Source: a virus. Taken from it: DNA of 64,000 nucleotides. Shown piece after piece: positions 54,490-64,000 of the stretch; the stretch's first letter is position 1, and the number at the start of each line of letters is the position of its first letter. The notes under the pieces were generated by a model, which saw only the letters and a program-made list of their open reading frames with translations, was not told the origin of the DNA and did no database searches. The stretch spans positions 20,701-84,700 of the IMG/VR virus record IMGVR_UViG_3300045017_000165. One strand, 5' to 3'. A program made the translations under genes and the position numbers.

Positions 54490-56811
54490 ATGTTTACATC
54501 AGGATTAAATAAACTAGCCGCATTAAAACCCGGAGTTAAACTCAATCCTATTCAGGTGGGAGCTGTTAAGAGAGTGGAAGATGGTGATGGTTCACACGTC
54601 TTTGCTCACGACGTCGGCTTAGGTAAAACGCTCACTTCTATAGCAGCGTTTGAAAAATTGAAAGAGATGGGTAGAGCGACTAAAGCATTGGTTATAGTAC
54701 CAGCGACGCTTAAGGATAATTTTGTTACCCATGGAGTACGAAAATTTACTAACAGCTCTGTCCATAGAGTAGACGATGGTAAGGAAAAACTTGATCCAAA
54801 GAAAACTTATAACGTCATAAGTTATGAGCTCTTCAAAAAAGACCCCGCTAGATACGTTGCCGAATCTGGTGCCGACACTATCATAATGGATGAAATGCAT
54901 AGAGTGCGCGACGAGGGTACGCAAAACTACAAGAAGTCCTTAGAAGCCCGCGGAATGGTTAAAAACTTCATAGGCTTAACCGGCAGTGTTATTAACAATA
55001 GCCCTAAAGAAATAGTTCCAATGTTGGATGTGGTCACTAATAGAACTCATCCTTTTGGCAGTAAAGACTCCTTTTTGAACAAACTATTCACGGAACAGGA
55101 AAAGAAAACGGGAGTACTGGGATTGTACGGAAATACAATCACCACTTGGGAACCAAGAAAACCTCCCGAGTACATCGGAAAAACGTTGAAAAAATTTATC
55201 GACTACAAAACGGTGCAGGATATAGATTCCAAAGACCTGCCGAAGCTAAAGGTTTCAGAGATTAAAGTGCCGATGTCGGAAGCTCAAGCCGATGTGTATA
55301 GGTGGGCTTTGAGAGAAGCCGGTCCTATAGCAGAGCGGATTGTCAGTTCTAATTTGCCAGTTGATCAAAAAGAAGCCTCACATGTATTCGCGAAGATTTT
55401 GAAAGCTAGACAGGCGTGCAATGCGATACATCTATTTAAAAAAGATATGACGCTTTCAGAGTCCGCTGTCAAAACTCCTAAAATTAAGAAAATTTTAGAC
55501 GACGTAGAGGAGCACCTGAAAAGTGGTGATGACCACAAAGTAGTTGTGTTCAGCAATTTTGTGCACGGTGGTACGGACGTAATTAGCCAGGGGCTGAAGG
55601 ATCGCGGTATTGAACACGGCTTGTTTCTAGGCTCTGGTCAAGAAGGCAGCACAACTAAAAAAAGAGCGGCGGCTGTAGAAGCCTTCAACGCTAATAAAAC
55701 TAATGTAATCGTATTATCTGGAGCGGGTGGTGAGGGGATCTCTTTTCCAAACGCTACTCTGCATGTATCTGTCGACGGTCACTATAACCCTGAAAAAATT
55801 AATCAAGCTGAGGGAAGAAGTAGACGTTTCGGAGGACAGCAGCACAGGGAGCCAGAACAAAGGTCAGTTGAAGTGAGAAGATATGTGTCTACTATACCCA
55901 CCACTAGAAAAGCGTTTTCTGTTGTCGGAGCATTAGCAGCAGGAAAACCATTAGACGCGCTGGATATCGTTACTGGTAAGGAAAAGAGCGCGGATAGTGC
56001 TGACCAGTGGGTTTACGCGGTAGCGAGTAAAAAACAAAAAATGAACGATCACCTTAAAAATATAATAAAGACCGCATCTTTGAAAAAAGACGAGGAGCTT
56101 GAGCGTTATTTAGAAGGAACAACCACGATTAAATTGCCGACGAAGTATAGTAAGGTTCTGCATCAGTACTACGCTAAGATTAAAGATAGACCGCAGACAG
56201 TCGCCACGTTGCAAGCTAGACTTCAGGATGATTTGGACTCTTTGCTTTCTAAGCATGAAAAAATGCAGAACACGTCGGCGCTACGAAATTACACCACTAT
56301 GTTCATACCCTCATTCCTGACTTCCTACCTACTAGGAGCGGGACAGCTTCAGATGCGGCTAGGAAAATTGGATAGAGTTGCACATGATACGAGAATTGAT
56401 TCGCACGATTTTTTGAAAACATCCGCACAAAGTGACTCCTACAGCTCAAAAAAACGGGACACGTATAGCAAAAGCATTGCGGCAATAGGGCTAACTCCGT
56501 TGGCATTAACTTTGGCTGACCTAGCACTTAAACATCGATCAGCTGGATATCGCAACTTAAGAAAAACGTTGCCGGGTAAGGTAGGATTTGTCGCTGCCAA
56601 TATAGCAATACCGTACGGATTGGGATATTATCTCTTTCCTAAAAAAGCTCCCGTCAACGCCAAAAGCATTAATACGGCAAATCTATTAGCCCACGCTGAC
56701 GACAAAACCTACGACACACTTCTATCTGGCGGGGGGATAAAGATCAAAAGAAAATCCCTATATGATACCGGCGCGGCTGAGAACGTACTACGGCGTTGGT
56801 CCGACAGATAG
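54490..56811 (+). CDS. SNF2-family helicase/ATPase with leader and hydrophobic C-terminal extension
   Basis: HDVGLGKT, IMDEMH, GLTGS, GEGIS, QAEGRSRR; start corrected to MFTSGLNKLA. Confidence 0.88.
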   Translation: MFTSGLNKLAALKPGVKLNPIQVGAVKRVEDGDGSHVFAHDVGLGKTLTSIAAFEKLKEMGRATKALVIVPATLKDNFVTHGVRKFTNSSVHRVDDGKEKLDPKKTYNVISYELFKKDPARYVAESGADTIIMDEMHRVRDEGTQNYKKSLEARGMVKNFIGLTGSVINNSPKEIVPMLDVVTNRTHPFGSKDSFLNKLFTEQEKKTGVLGLYGNTITTWEPRKPPEYIGKTLKKFIDYKTVQDIDSKDLPKLKVSEIKVPMSEAQADVYRWALREAGPIAERIVSSNLPVDQKEASHVFAKILKARQACNAIHLFKKDMTLSESAVKTPKIKKILDDVEEHLKSGDDHKVVVFSNFVHGGTDVISQGLKDRGIEHGLFLGSGQEGSTTKKRAAAVEAFNANKTNVIVLSGAGGEGISFPNATLHVSVDGHYNPEKINQAEGRSRRFGGQQHREPEQRSVEVRRYVSTIPTTRKAFSVVGALAAGKPLDALDIVTGKEKSADSADQWVYAVASKKQKMNDHLKNIIKTASLKKDEELERYLEGTTTIKLPTKYSKVLHQYYAKIKDRPQTVATLQARLQDDLDSLLSKHEKMQNTSALRNYTTMFIPSFLTSYLLGAGQLQMRLGKLDRVAHDTRIDSHDFLKTSAQSDSYSSKKRDTYSKSIAAIGLTPLALTLADLALKHRSAGYRNLRKTLPGKVGFVAANIAIPYGLGYYLFPKKAPVNAKSINTANLLAHADDKTYDTLLSGGGIKIKRKSLYDTGAAENVLRRWSDR

Positions 56812-56828
56812 TTTCAGGTGGAAAGACT

Positions 56829-57158
56829 ATGTTTTCGTTAGGCTTTAAAAAAATAGCCTTTGTCTCCAAGCACACCAAAGAAAAGCTTATTAAGTCTACG
56901 CCTAAAGAGAAGGGTGGTAAGGATGGCAAGAGCAGTTATTTCTTGCGTTTCCATCCCAAAGAAAAACGGTGGAGTTGTACCTGTCCTGACTGGCAAATAC
57001 GTAGAAGGTGGCTGGGGAAAGAACACAAGAAGCACCACGACTGCAAGCATATCAAAGCGCACTTAAGCCGTACGTCTGTGTGGAAGACTAAAGAAAAGAT
57101 GCGCAAGTATCCGAAAGAAGTTTTGGAAAGTCTCCGCGAGGAAAGATCTTCCAAATAG
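56829..57158 (+). CDS. SWIM zinc-finger protein with leader (MFSLGFKKIA)
   Basis: WSCTCPDW...DCKHIKA. Confidence 0.82.
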   Translation: MFSLGFKKIAFVSKHTKEKLIKSTPKEKGGKDGKSSYFLRFHPKEKRWSCTCPDWQIRRRWLGKEHKKHHDCKHIKAHLSRTSVWKTKEKMRKYPKEVLESLREERSSK

Positions 57159-57286
57159 TTTAGTAAAAACGCCACCTTACAAAATTTTCTCCCCTCCTAG
57201 AATAGCGCGGCAAGCCACACCTATACTTATGAGTAGGGGAGGGGCGGTTCTCAACTCCAACTCGGAGGCGGTGCCGTTCAGCACTG

Positions 57287-58111
57287 ATGACTCGTTGGCA
57301 AGCGACATGGAAGTTGTTGTCAAAGGAATCGAAGGCTCGTTTAACTAGGTATGCGCGTTGTGGGGTCAGCAATATAAAGCGAATGCGTCTTGGGATGTTT
57401 CTTCCAAGACTGGATAAAGAAAGCGCTCGAAGAGCGAATAGGATAGCTGAGCACACGTTTAAGATAAGGCTCCGTAATAGACTTGTGAAGTTAATGACTG
57501 CACGTACGCATCCTTTTGCCGTGTTTTCGAGGGACTTTACTGGATTTATAGGCATGCCTCCAGATCCAGTGCGCGAAGCTGAGGTTAGTGGTTACCTTGG
57601 GCGCGGCGCTAAATCAGGTCGTGGGCATTATAAGATGGCTACGCTCGCTCACGAGTTTTCAGAGTTATACGTTATGCATAACAAAGCAAAACGAAACTCC
57701 TTTGGGAAACTTCTTCGTAAGCATAAAAGCCTATATGATGGTTGCCACGACCACAGTAGTGCTCATCCGCTGATTGCAGAACTGAATCATGCGGGTAAAT
57801 GCGTGCCAGTGCTTAAAGCAGTGCTGAGCGAGTGGAGCCGTGCAGGCGCGCAAGCTAAGGTATTTGCTGTCATGAAGCAGTGCGGTTGGACTCCCGTTAG
57901 GGGCATTCCAATGTATGGGAGGGCGGCTGGGGCTATTCAAAGGAAGTCGGAGGCTCTATTTGCCCCATACTTCAAAAAACTTATGGGTAGGAAAATTAAG
58001 CGTTTAGAGCGAAAATACAAAGGTAAGGCTTTGGTTAAACGGTTAAAGCTTCTTCTGCAGGATGTAAAAACATATGCGGGAGGGGCGGAGTTTATGAAAG
58101 AATTTAAATGA
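57287..58111 (+). CDS. Basic hypothetical protein with HEFSE..H motif
   Basis: 274 aa Arg/Lys-rich; ATGA overlap with next gene. Confidence 0.5.
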   Translation: MTRWQATWKLLSKESKARLTRYARCGVSNIKRMRLGMFLPRLDKESARRANRIAEHTFKIRLRNRLVKLMTARTHPFAVFSRDFTGFIGMPPDPVREAEVSGYLGRGAKSGRGHYKMATLAHEFSELYVMHNKAKRNSFGKLLRKHKSLYDGCHDHSSAHPLIAELNHAGKCVPVLKAVLSEWSRAGAQAKVFAVMKQCGWTPVRGIPMYGRAAGAIQRKSEALFAPYFKKLMGRKIKRLERKYKGKALVKRLKLLLQDVKTYAGGAEFMKEFK

Positions 58112-59022
58112 GCTTCCCAATCACGTTCTCAAAATTCGAGGCTATTCCACTCTCAAGAGATCCCGCAAAGGTTCTTATTCGGTGGGATATTATGCCGACA
58201 AAGGCTGATTTAAGCGATTTTGAATTCTTTATCGACGCTAGGGAAAGTCCCGATCAGATCCCGCACTTTCAAAATGTCACTATTGATGGTGAGCTTTTTG
58301 ATTCATATGCACCAACAACTAGTTCAATCAACCAACCGCCAATTACGAAAGCCATTTCTGCGCTAGATTTTTACGAGTACAACGATTACCTCCCCTACTT
58401 AAAAAACCTGTCGAAGCATATTTATTACAAGATTCGTTGCAGACGAATCTCAACGCAGGAAGAAATCTCTACACCACCTTTTTCGTGGTTTGGCGAACTC
58501 GATTTAATCGGATTGTACGTTGTTGAGGAGCACAACTTCCTTCTGGAAGACGCGATAGGAACTCCTTGCTTAGTTTACATCAGGCGACGTAGTGGGCTGC
58601 GCTGCTGCTGTTTCGATGAAGTACAGAAGAAACGACTCATTTCTAACTGCAAACGTTGTTACGGCACGAACTGGGTAGACGGCTTCTACAACCCGATCGA
58701 TACTTACGTTGACTTCAATCCTTCCCAAGAAAATTCTATAATTCAAGAGTGGGGAGAAGTTCAGCCAAACGAGACAAACATCCTTCTTTCCAACTACCCA
58801 CTTCTTTCTAGCGGAGACTTGGTGAGGGAGCTCCGAGAGAATAGGCTTTGGAGAGTGGTGTCCTCAAAACAGACTGAAAAGCGACGTACTCCTATGTTAC
58901 AGTTTGCAAGAGTTACAGAAGTGAAGCCAGGCGATATCGAGCATAACTTACCTATTGATCAGAAATTCGTGCTCGATAAAATTAAACAGTTTGAGGACAT
59001 GCGTCTTCTTAGGGAGTTTTAA
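58108..59022 (+). CDS. Putative neck/head-closure protein
   Basis: 304 aa; C..C...CKRCYGT; PLLSSGDLVRE..RLWRVV; precedes tail genes. Confidence 0.55.
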   Translation: MSFPITFSKFEAIPLSRDPAKVLIRWDIMPTKADLSDFEFFIDARESPDQIPHFQNVTIDGELFDSYAPTTSSINQPPITKAISALDFYEYNDYLPYLKNLSKHIYYKIRCRRISTQEEISTPPFSWFGELDLIGLYVVEEHNFLLEDAIGTPCLVYIRRRSGLRCCCFDEVQKKRLISNCKRCYGTNWVDGFYNPIDTYVDFNPSQENSIIQEWGEVQPNETNILLSNYPLLSSGDLVRELRENRLWRVVSSKQTEKRRTPMLQFARVTEVKPGDIEHNLPIDQKFVLDKIKQFEDMRLLREF

Positions 59023-59023
59023 T

Positions 59024-59350
59024 ATGTTTAAAATTGGATTTGAAAAGACAGCCGTCTCTGTGGGGTGGGCGATGAGAAAAATACAGGGCGGTCTAAGAAC
59101 AAGAGCGGGATTGCCCAGAGACCCCTCTAAAGTCGATCGCTTCATCAACCGCAGTCGTAGCGCGATGTCACGTGAGCTAGGTGACTCTCCAAAAGAGATT
59201 AAAAAACTTATGACCTTGCCAGTCCGTCACTACAAGGACGAAAATGTACTGGAGCTTGTTAAGGAGCTCAGGGATACTCGCAACAATCCGTCTAAAGCGC
59301 TGAAGAAACTTCTGCAGTCGGAAGTTTTCTTGAACAAAGCTGGAGCGTGA
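59024..59350 (+). CDS. Leader-bearing basic protein (MFKIGFEKTA)
   Basis: Start corrected; RBS GGGAG. Confidence 0.72.
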   Translation: MFKIGFEKTAVSVGWAMRKIQGGLRTRAGLPRDPSKVDRFINRSRSAMSRELGDSPKEIKKLMTLPVRHYKDENVLELVKELRDTRNNPSKALKKLLQSEVFLNKAGA

Positions 59351-59351
59351 T

Positions 59352-59756
59352 ATGTTTAAAGTTGGGTTTGAAAAAACAGCCCTAGACCCGAAGAAGTTAG
59401 AAACGCGCTTGCAAGAGATTCTTAAACATAAGCGCTTTGCAGGCAAGGCTGCGAAGACTCAGGCTCTTAATGCTGCTGACGAGTACAGAATCGCTAGATC
59501 TACAGGGCAGTCGGCACTTCCACATATTCACAGTCTTCAAAAGCAGTTCCCGAAACTAGCCGCGCTAAAACCGTTTACTATGAGTCGCGGTAGGATTACA
59601 CCTACGCTTATCCCGGGTAATCCCGTGAAGGGATTGAAGGGTTTGACTGGAGCGCAGGCTGCGACACCGTTTAATAAGGCTGTAGGTAGGTTTGGACACA
59701 AACCTAGACAAGCACTTGTAGCTAAATCAAACGTAAGAGCTAATGATGGGACTTAG
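59352..59756 (+). CDS. Leader-bearing basic protein (MFKVGFEKTA)
   Basis: Shared N-terminal motif; RBS GGAG. Confidence 0.72.
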   Translation: MFKVGFEKTALDPKKLETRLQEILKHKRFAGKAAKTQALNAADEYRIARSTGQSALPHIHSLQKQFPKLAALKPFTMSRGRITPTLIPGNPVKGLKGLTGAQAATPFNKAVGRFGHKPRQALVAKSNVRANDGT

Positions 59757-60051
59757 GATAGATTTTGAGCCCCTAAATAAACTTTTCGAGGACGGTCCCA
59801 TCTCAGAAGACATGATGAAGCAGCATGTCGTAAGGAATCTCAAATCGACGGTTCTAGCGGGCACTCCTGACGCATTCCTAGAAGTAAGCTTGGAACCGGA
59901 TAGTGGCGATGATATACTTATCCGGAAGATAGACCCAGAAAACGCTCTGGGCTACTCGGTCTACCAGGGCGAAGGCGACTACTTCAATCATATCTCAGCA
60001 CAGCTTTATGAACCGAGCTTAGATGAAGTATTGGAGCAGTCAAATGAGTAG
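59743..60051 (+). CDS. Hypothetical acidic protein
   Basis: 102 aa in tail operon. Confidence 0.55.
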   Translation: MMGLRIDFEPLNKLFEDGPISEDMMKQHVVRNLKSTVLAGTPDAFLEVSLEPDSGDDILIRKIDPENALGYSVYQGEGDYFNHISAQLYEPSLDEVLEQSNE

Positions 60052-60661
60052 CCAGAAAAGTCTTTTAGATCCAAACAAAGTTTTTCCCGATATGTTGAGA
60101 TTCATGGAGAATTCGATGCTCGAATTCCTCCAAGTCTTGTTTAACTCGTTTCAGCAAGGTTGTTTTCATTTTGAGTGGGACGAGCAAGCCACGGAACTTT
60201 TTATAGAGGGACAAAACACTGATAATCTAAGGACAGTGGATACAGGACGACCAAAAATTGTTGTCGCGCGTGGTCCGGTTGGTTGGGCAAATGCATCAAT
60301 CGGTAAATTTGTCGGTTCTTCCAACCTGAGTAATTTGAATAGGCAGTACGCGGATATAAATCGTGGCACTGTATCTATCAACTGCTTTTCACGCGAAGAC
60401 ATGGAAGCCGATCGCATTGCTGAAATTTGCTACAAAGCGATCACAATGTTTCGTCCAGTTCTTCAAAAAGCTGGTTTCCTGTCTATCAATAGCGTTCAGA
60501 TTGGACAGCGTGGTCTAATTGTAAAAGACGCGAGACCTGAGTGGACAGTAGTACCGGTTTTAGTGAAGATGGATATTACTAGTAATTGGAGCGTAGTACA
60601 GACTGATTCAGTTAAGTTGCGGGATATTTTCAAACAATTTATAATGAGAACACCAAGTTAA
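60044..60661 (+). CDS. Putative tail terminator/completion protein
   Basis: RPKIVVARG, SINCFSRE..EADRIA; directly upstream of sheath. Confidence 0.55.
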   Translation: MSSQKSLLDPNKVFPDMLRFMENSMLEFLQVLFNSFQQGCFHFEWDEQATELFIEGQNTDNLRTVDTGRPKIVVARGPVGWANASIGKFVGSSNLSNLNRQYADINRGTVSINCFSREDMEADRIAEICYKAITMFRPVLQKAGFLSINSVQIGQRGLIVKDARPEWTVVPVLVKMDITSNWSVVQTDSVKLRDIFKQFIMRTPS

Positions 60662-60687
60662 GCAGCCGTATATCGGAGGAAAGTTAA

Positions 60688-62574
60688 ATGGCATATTTAG
60701 AACCAGGTGTAGTTGTTACACAGCAATTTGTCGGAGCGTTGCCTGCGCTTGCCACTTTTGCTTTACCTAACGTAACAGTCGGTCCAGTCTTCCAAGTTGT
60801 AGATAAAGCAGACTCTGGTAATTACGCTGGCGTGTTGGTGGCGGCAAGTTATGGCGATCAGATGGCTGGCACATATGTCGATACACGCACGGATGTGTCA
60901 GATTCGCTAACGGCATTCCCTGTTAGAATTTTCTTGGACAACGCTATCGCAGATTTCTTGGATGCGACAACTGGTGTAGTCCTCGTCTCTAATCTTAACG
61001 TATTCACTGATGCCACCGTCGATATTTTTGAAGACGTGGTCGCGGGGGATCAAATCGTAGTTAATAGTGGCGCGCTAACCGGAACTTATACGGTTAGAAG
61101 CAAGATTAACAACAACACCCTACGCATTAACGAAACATTTGCTGCAGCCGACACAGCGATCGATTATTCCATCGTTCGAAATGTTGGCGAAGTTGAAATT
61201 TCTACCGATGAAGTTGGTGTGGTAGTTAGCTCCACAAGCGTAACTCTTCCTGCTGGACTCGAAGCTCCGGTTGGAACTCTCGGTGATTTTCCGATCGTGA
61301 GCGCAGATATCCTTCTTTCTTATCGTGCCCTACGTATCGACAAATCCGCTAACGTTTGGGAATACGGTAGTACTTCAGAACTTCAGGCGGACTTCGGACT
61401 CGACCAGATTCGTCCTGAAAATCCAGCGGTGTTCGGCGCATACCTCGCACTAAACAACGCGGTGACTAAGACTAATATCTTAGGGCTTGGGCAAGCATTC
61501 TTGACGGACGAACTTCTTGCTTATAGCAACGCTTTTGAAATTCTAGCGCTAATCGATATGTATGCTATCAGCGTAATGACTCAGAACACGGCAGTTCACA
61601 CTGCTCTTAAGAGTCACGCCGAAGGCATGTCTGTTCCAACTAAAAAGCTGGAACGTGTCGGTATCGTGAATAGAACGCTCGTAACGAAAATGACCGTAGT
61701 GGACACCAAAGCCGATGGTGTGGTGGCTGGTGCAGTTCTTACTTCCGCTACATCCGAGTTCATCACTGACGGCGTAGTGCCGGGTATGTTCATCGTCATT
61801 GGCGATAACCGCTACGAAATCTCTGCGGTTGATAGCCAGACTCAAGTTACGCTAGCAAGCAATCCTACTCCTGGAAGCGGCATCTCGTTCCTCGTAGAAC
61901 GGGATCTTCAGAAGAGTGAGCAAGCCTCGGTAATGGCGGCGTATGCTCGCAGCCTTGGTAGCCGGCGCATGGTCCTTACGTATCCGGACGTCATCAAAGT
62001 TCCGGTTGGAAACGAGATTAAGCAGCTTCCGGGCTATTTCCTAAATTGCTCGATTGGTGCTTTGACCACTGGATTACCGACGCAGCAGGGTTTCACTAAC
62101 CTCAGCGTTGCGGTTTACTCCGGTGTCGTTCACTCCACCAAATACTTTGATGGTGAGCAGCTGAATACGATCGCAGACGGTGGCGTGATGATTTTTGTAC
62201 AAGACGTTCTTGATGAGACGGCTTTGTATATTAGGCATCAGTTGACCACAGACCGCTCGGCAATCAAGTTCCAAGAATACTCCGTTACTAAAAACGTAGA
62301 CTTCATTGCCAAGTTCATCCGAGAAAATCAGACTCAGTTCATTGGTCAGTACAACATCGTTGATAGTACGCTTGACGACATCAAAACGTCTGCAACCGGC
62401 ATTATCAAATACCTGACGGAAGCTACGAAGCTTCCTAAAATTGGTGGGGTTATTAAGAGTGGCTCTATCGATAAGGTTGAAGTCGACTCGGTTAACATCG
62501 ATCGAGTTAATGAGGTGCTGAGCTTGGATATTCCGATCCCACTGAACGGAATCGACGTAACGTTAGTGGTGTAA
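60688..62574 (+). CDS. Contractile tail sheath protein
   Basis: MAYLEPGVVV start; LPGYFL; GGV..F; RHQLTT..EYSVTKNVDF; IPLNGIDVTL end. Confidence 0.88.
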   Translation: MAYLEPGVVVTQQFVGALPALATFALPNVTVGPVFQVVDKADSGNYAGVLVAASYGDQMAGTYVDTRTDVSDSLTAFPVRIFLDNAIADFLDATTGVVLVSNLNVFTDATVDIFEDVVAGDQIVVNSGALTGTYTVRSKINNNTLRINETFAAADTAIDYSIVRNVGEVEISTDEVGVVVSSTSVTLPAGLEAPVGTLGDFPIVSADILLSYRALRIDKSANVWEYGSTSELQADFGLDQIRPENPAVFGAYLALNNAVTKTNILGLGQAFLTDELLAYSNAFEILALIDMYAISVMTQNTAVHTALKSHAEGMSVPTKKLERVGIVNRTLVTKMTVVDTKADGVVAGAVLTSATSEFITDGVVPGMFIVIGDNRYEISAVDSQTQVTLASNPTPGSGISFLVERDLQKSEQASVMAAYARSLGSRRMVLTYPDVIKVPVGNEIKQLPGYFLNCSIGALTTGLPTQQGFTNLSVAVYSGVVHSTKYFDGEQLNTIADGGVMIFVQDVLDETALYIRHQLTTDRSAIKFQEYSVTKNVDFIAKFIRENQTQFIGQYNIVDSTLDDIKTSATGIIKYLTEATKLPKIGGVIKSGSIDKVEVDSVNIDRVNEVLSLDIPIPLNGIDVTLVV

Positions 62575-62598
62575 TCTTAAGCTATAGGAGGATCGCTA

Positions 62599-63315
62599 AT
62601 GGCGACGACAGATTTTTCAAACTGGGATTTTAGTAATTACCACGTTCAGCAGGAATTGCAGGGCGGTCAGTTCGTGTCAGCCGAAACAAGCTTGATCGCG
62701 GCTGGTCCTCCGGAGATTGGCGGCACTGGACCTTACTCAAATCAGCCAGCTTCAAGTGTAAGTACGGTTTATCCGATCGGACTTATCGAGAACGCTGGAT
62801 TAAGCCAGTCTAAGCAGATCCAGAAGATTTTTGAAGTAGGTTCTTCCCGCTCTTACTTCATTCCTGGTCGCGTGATTGGTTCAGTGAACCTCGGGCGTAT
62901 TTTTTACTACGGTCCGAGCCTACTTCGCGTAATGTATTCGCACTATCAGAGTGATACTGGTGCCGTGAAGATTGGCACGAAAGATTCTGGAACGATGCTT
63001 ACGCTTCCAGACGGCAGCTCTGCTCCAGATCCTTTGGCGCGACTTCTTAATAAAGGCGGACCATTCCATCAGGTTAAGGTCAGCCCTGGTGAAGATTACT
63101 TCTACATCAACCTGGCTTCGGATTTATTTAATCAACCGACAGGTCTTGCGTTCTACTTCAAAGACGCGAACTTCAACTCGGTTGGTGCGTTCTATCTTGA
63201 GCAGGTTTACGTGCAAGGTCATCAGTTCTCTGTGTCTTCAGGATCAGTTTTGATCATGGAAGGCGCGGCAGCCCAGTACGATCGTATCGTACCAATTAAA
63301 CTACTCAACTCTTGA
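62599..63315 (+). CDS. Tail tube protein
   Basis: Follows sheath; PIGLIEN..SQ..IFEVGS.RSYFIPG; YLEQVY. Confidence 0.75.
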   Translation: MATTDFSNWDFSNYHVQQELQGGQFVSAETSLIAAGPPEIGGTGPYSNQPASSVSTVYPIGLIENAGLSQSKQIQKIFEVGSSRSYFIPGRVIGSVNLGRIFYYGPSLLRVMYSHYQSDTGAVKIGTKDSGTMLTLPDGSSAPDPLARLLNKGGPFHQVKVSPGEDYFYINLASDLFNQPTGLAFYFKDANFNSVGAFYLEQVYVQGHQFSVSSGSVLIMEGAAAQYDRIVPIKLLNS

Positions 63316-63333
63316 GAATGAGAGATTTACACT

Positions 63334-63651
63334 ATGTTTACCTCAGGCTTCAGCAAAACAGCTGGCGATGATAAAAAAGAAAAGCGTATCGCTGGAGCCA
63401 TGCATTCAGTGAATCCTTTGGCGGGTGCTACATACTCGGCTATGCAGCACCCCAAAAAGTCAGTAATGCCCTTTTTAGTGAGCGGCGCTGGCGGGCTTTT
63501 AGGACTTGCTGCGGGAAAACACACCGGAAGAATTCTTTCCAACATCGCGCACATCGAATCCCCTGCTAAAAGAGCTATTATAAAAGGTATGCTCGGTGCA
63601 TTGGGTGCGTACTACGCGGGCGCTAAAGGACACGAGCTTTCCTCTAAGTAG
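63334..63651 (+). CDS. Leader-bearing glycine-zipper protein (MFTSGFSKTA)
   Basis: Shared N-terminal motif; GxxxG helices. Confidence 0.7.
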   Translation: MFTSGFSKTAGDDKKEKRIAGAMHSVNPLAGATYSAMQHPKKSVMPFLVSGAGGLLGLAAGKHTGRILSNIAHIESPAKRAIIKGMLGALGAYYAGAKGHELSSK

Positions 63652-64000
63652 ATACGTTTCCGAGTTGTCTTCTAGAGCTCTCTCGTATGAAGCGTTCCTT
63701 ACTTAGTAGTTTGTCTTTTCTTGCGGTGTCTAGAACGCAAGTTCCTTGAGGCAAGAAGAGCATTGGAAACGGCTGTGCTATTTCGGAGCAGGAGTTGGAG
63801 TAGTCGTACAGCCAAATTTTTTGTTGGATGTATAGGGGTAGGCTTCCGAGCTCGTCTCCGTGTGAATCAGAGAGTACACAACTGTGGAACACTAGATCTG
63901 AGGGCGCTCCATATCTGTGAAGGAAATCTTCGTTGGGTAGCATCTTACCTGAAATGAATATTTTGCTAGATTCGAGCAGAAGCGCGTGACCATCTTTACC
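63644..64000 (-). CDS. Partial hypothetical protein running off the window edge
   Basis: Frame of track ORF 63644-63943 stays open to position 64000. Confidence 0.45.
   Translation of the reverse strand, partial: GKDGHALLLESSKIFISGKMLPNEDFLHRYGAPSDLVFHSCVLSDSHGDELGSLPLYIQQKIWLYDYSNSCSEIAQPFPMLFLPQGTCVLDTARKDKLLSKERFIRESSRRQLGNVST

Noticed and set aside
1-64000. tRNA/rRNA genes, integrase, transposase, DGR or retron reverse transcriptase
   Set aside because: No cloverleaf, rRNA or RT (YxDD) signature noticed by eye; a tRNAscan-SE/Infernal run would be needed to exclude them
1-64000. Alternative genetic code (stop recoding)
   Set aside because: Long ORFs are intact under code 11 and TAA, TAG and TGA all end well-packed genes

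Overview
This window is part of a large tailed (contractile-tail, jumbo-type) bacteriophage genome. The + strand carries the virion modules: fibre-like proteins, a patatin, portal, baseplate spike, GpA-type large terminase with an intein, prohead protease, scaffold/core proteins, major capsid protein, neck, sheath and tube. It also carries a 2555-aa fused beta-beta' RNA polymerase with an atypical intein next to the catalytic DFDGD motif. Minus-strand islands hold SSB, a family A DNA polymerase, lipoproteins and hypotheticals, and share a bipartite promoter-like motif (GGCAAAAA-N13-GRTATAAG). The most striking feature is a stand-alone Cas7/RAMP-like gene (36098-36889, -) followed directly by a non-coding array of 5-nt units (GY-NNN on the coding strand, punctuated by 6-nt units, 35818-36070). 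A second, longer array of the same kind lies at 40225-40758. No CRISPR repeats or other cas genes are present, so this is a candidate RNA-guided system with an interleaved scaffold/variable code. Second, 15 otherwise unrelated proteins, including a SNF2 helicase and a SWIM protein, share an N-terminal M..FxxGFxKTA leader, and K-x-A motifs are dense in the head proteins. This suggests a capsid-targeting and protease-cleavage system. All calls come from motifs read by eye; no database searches were run.
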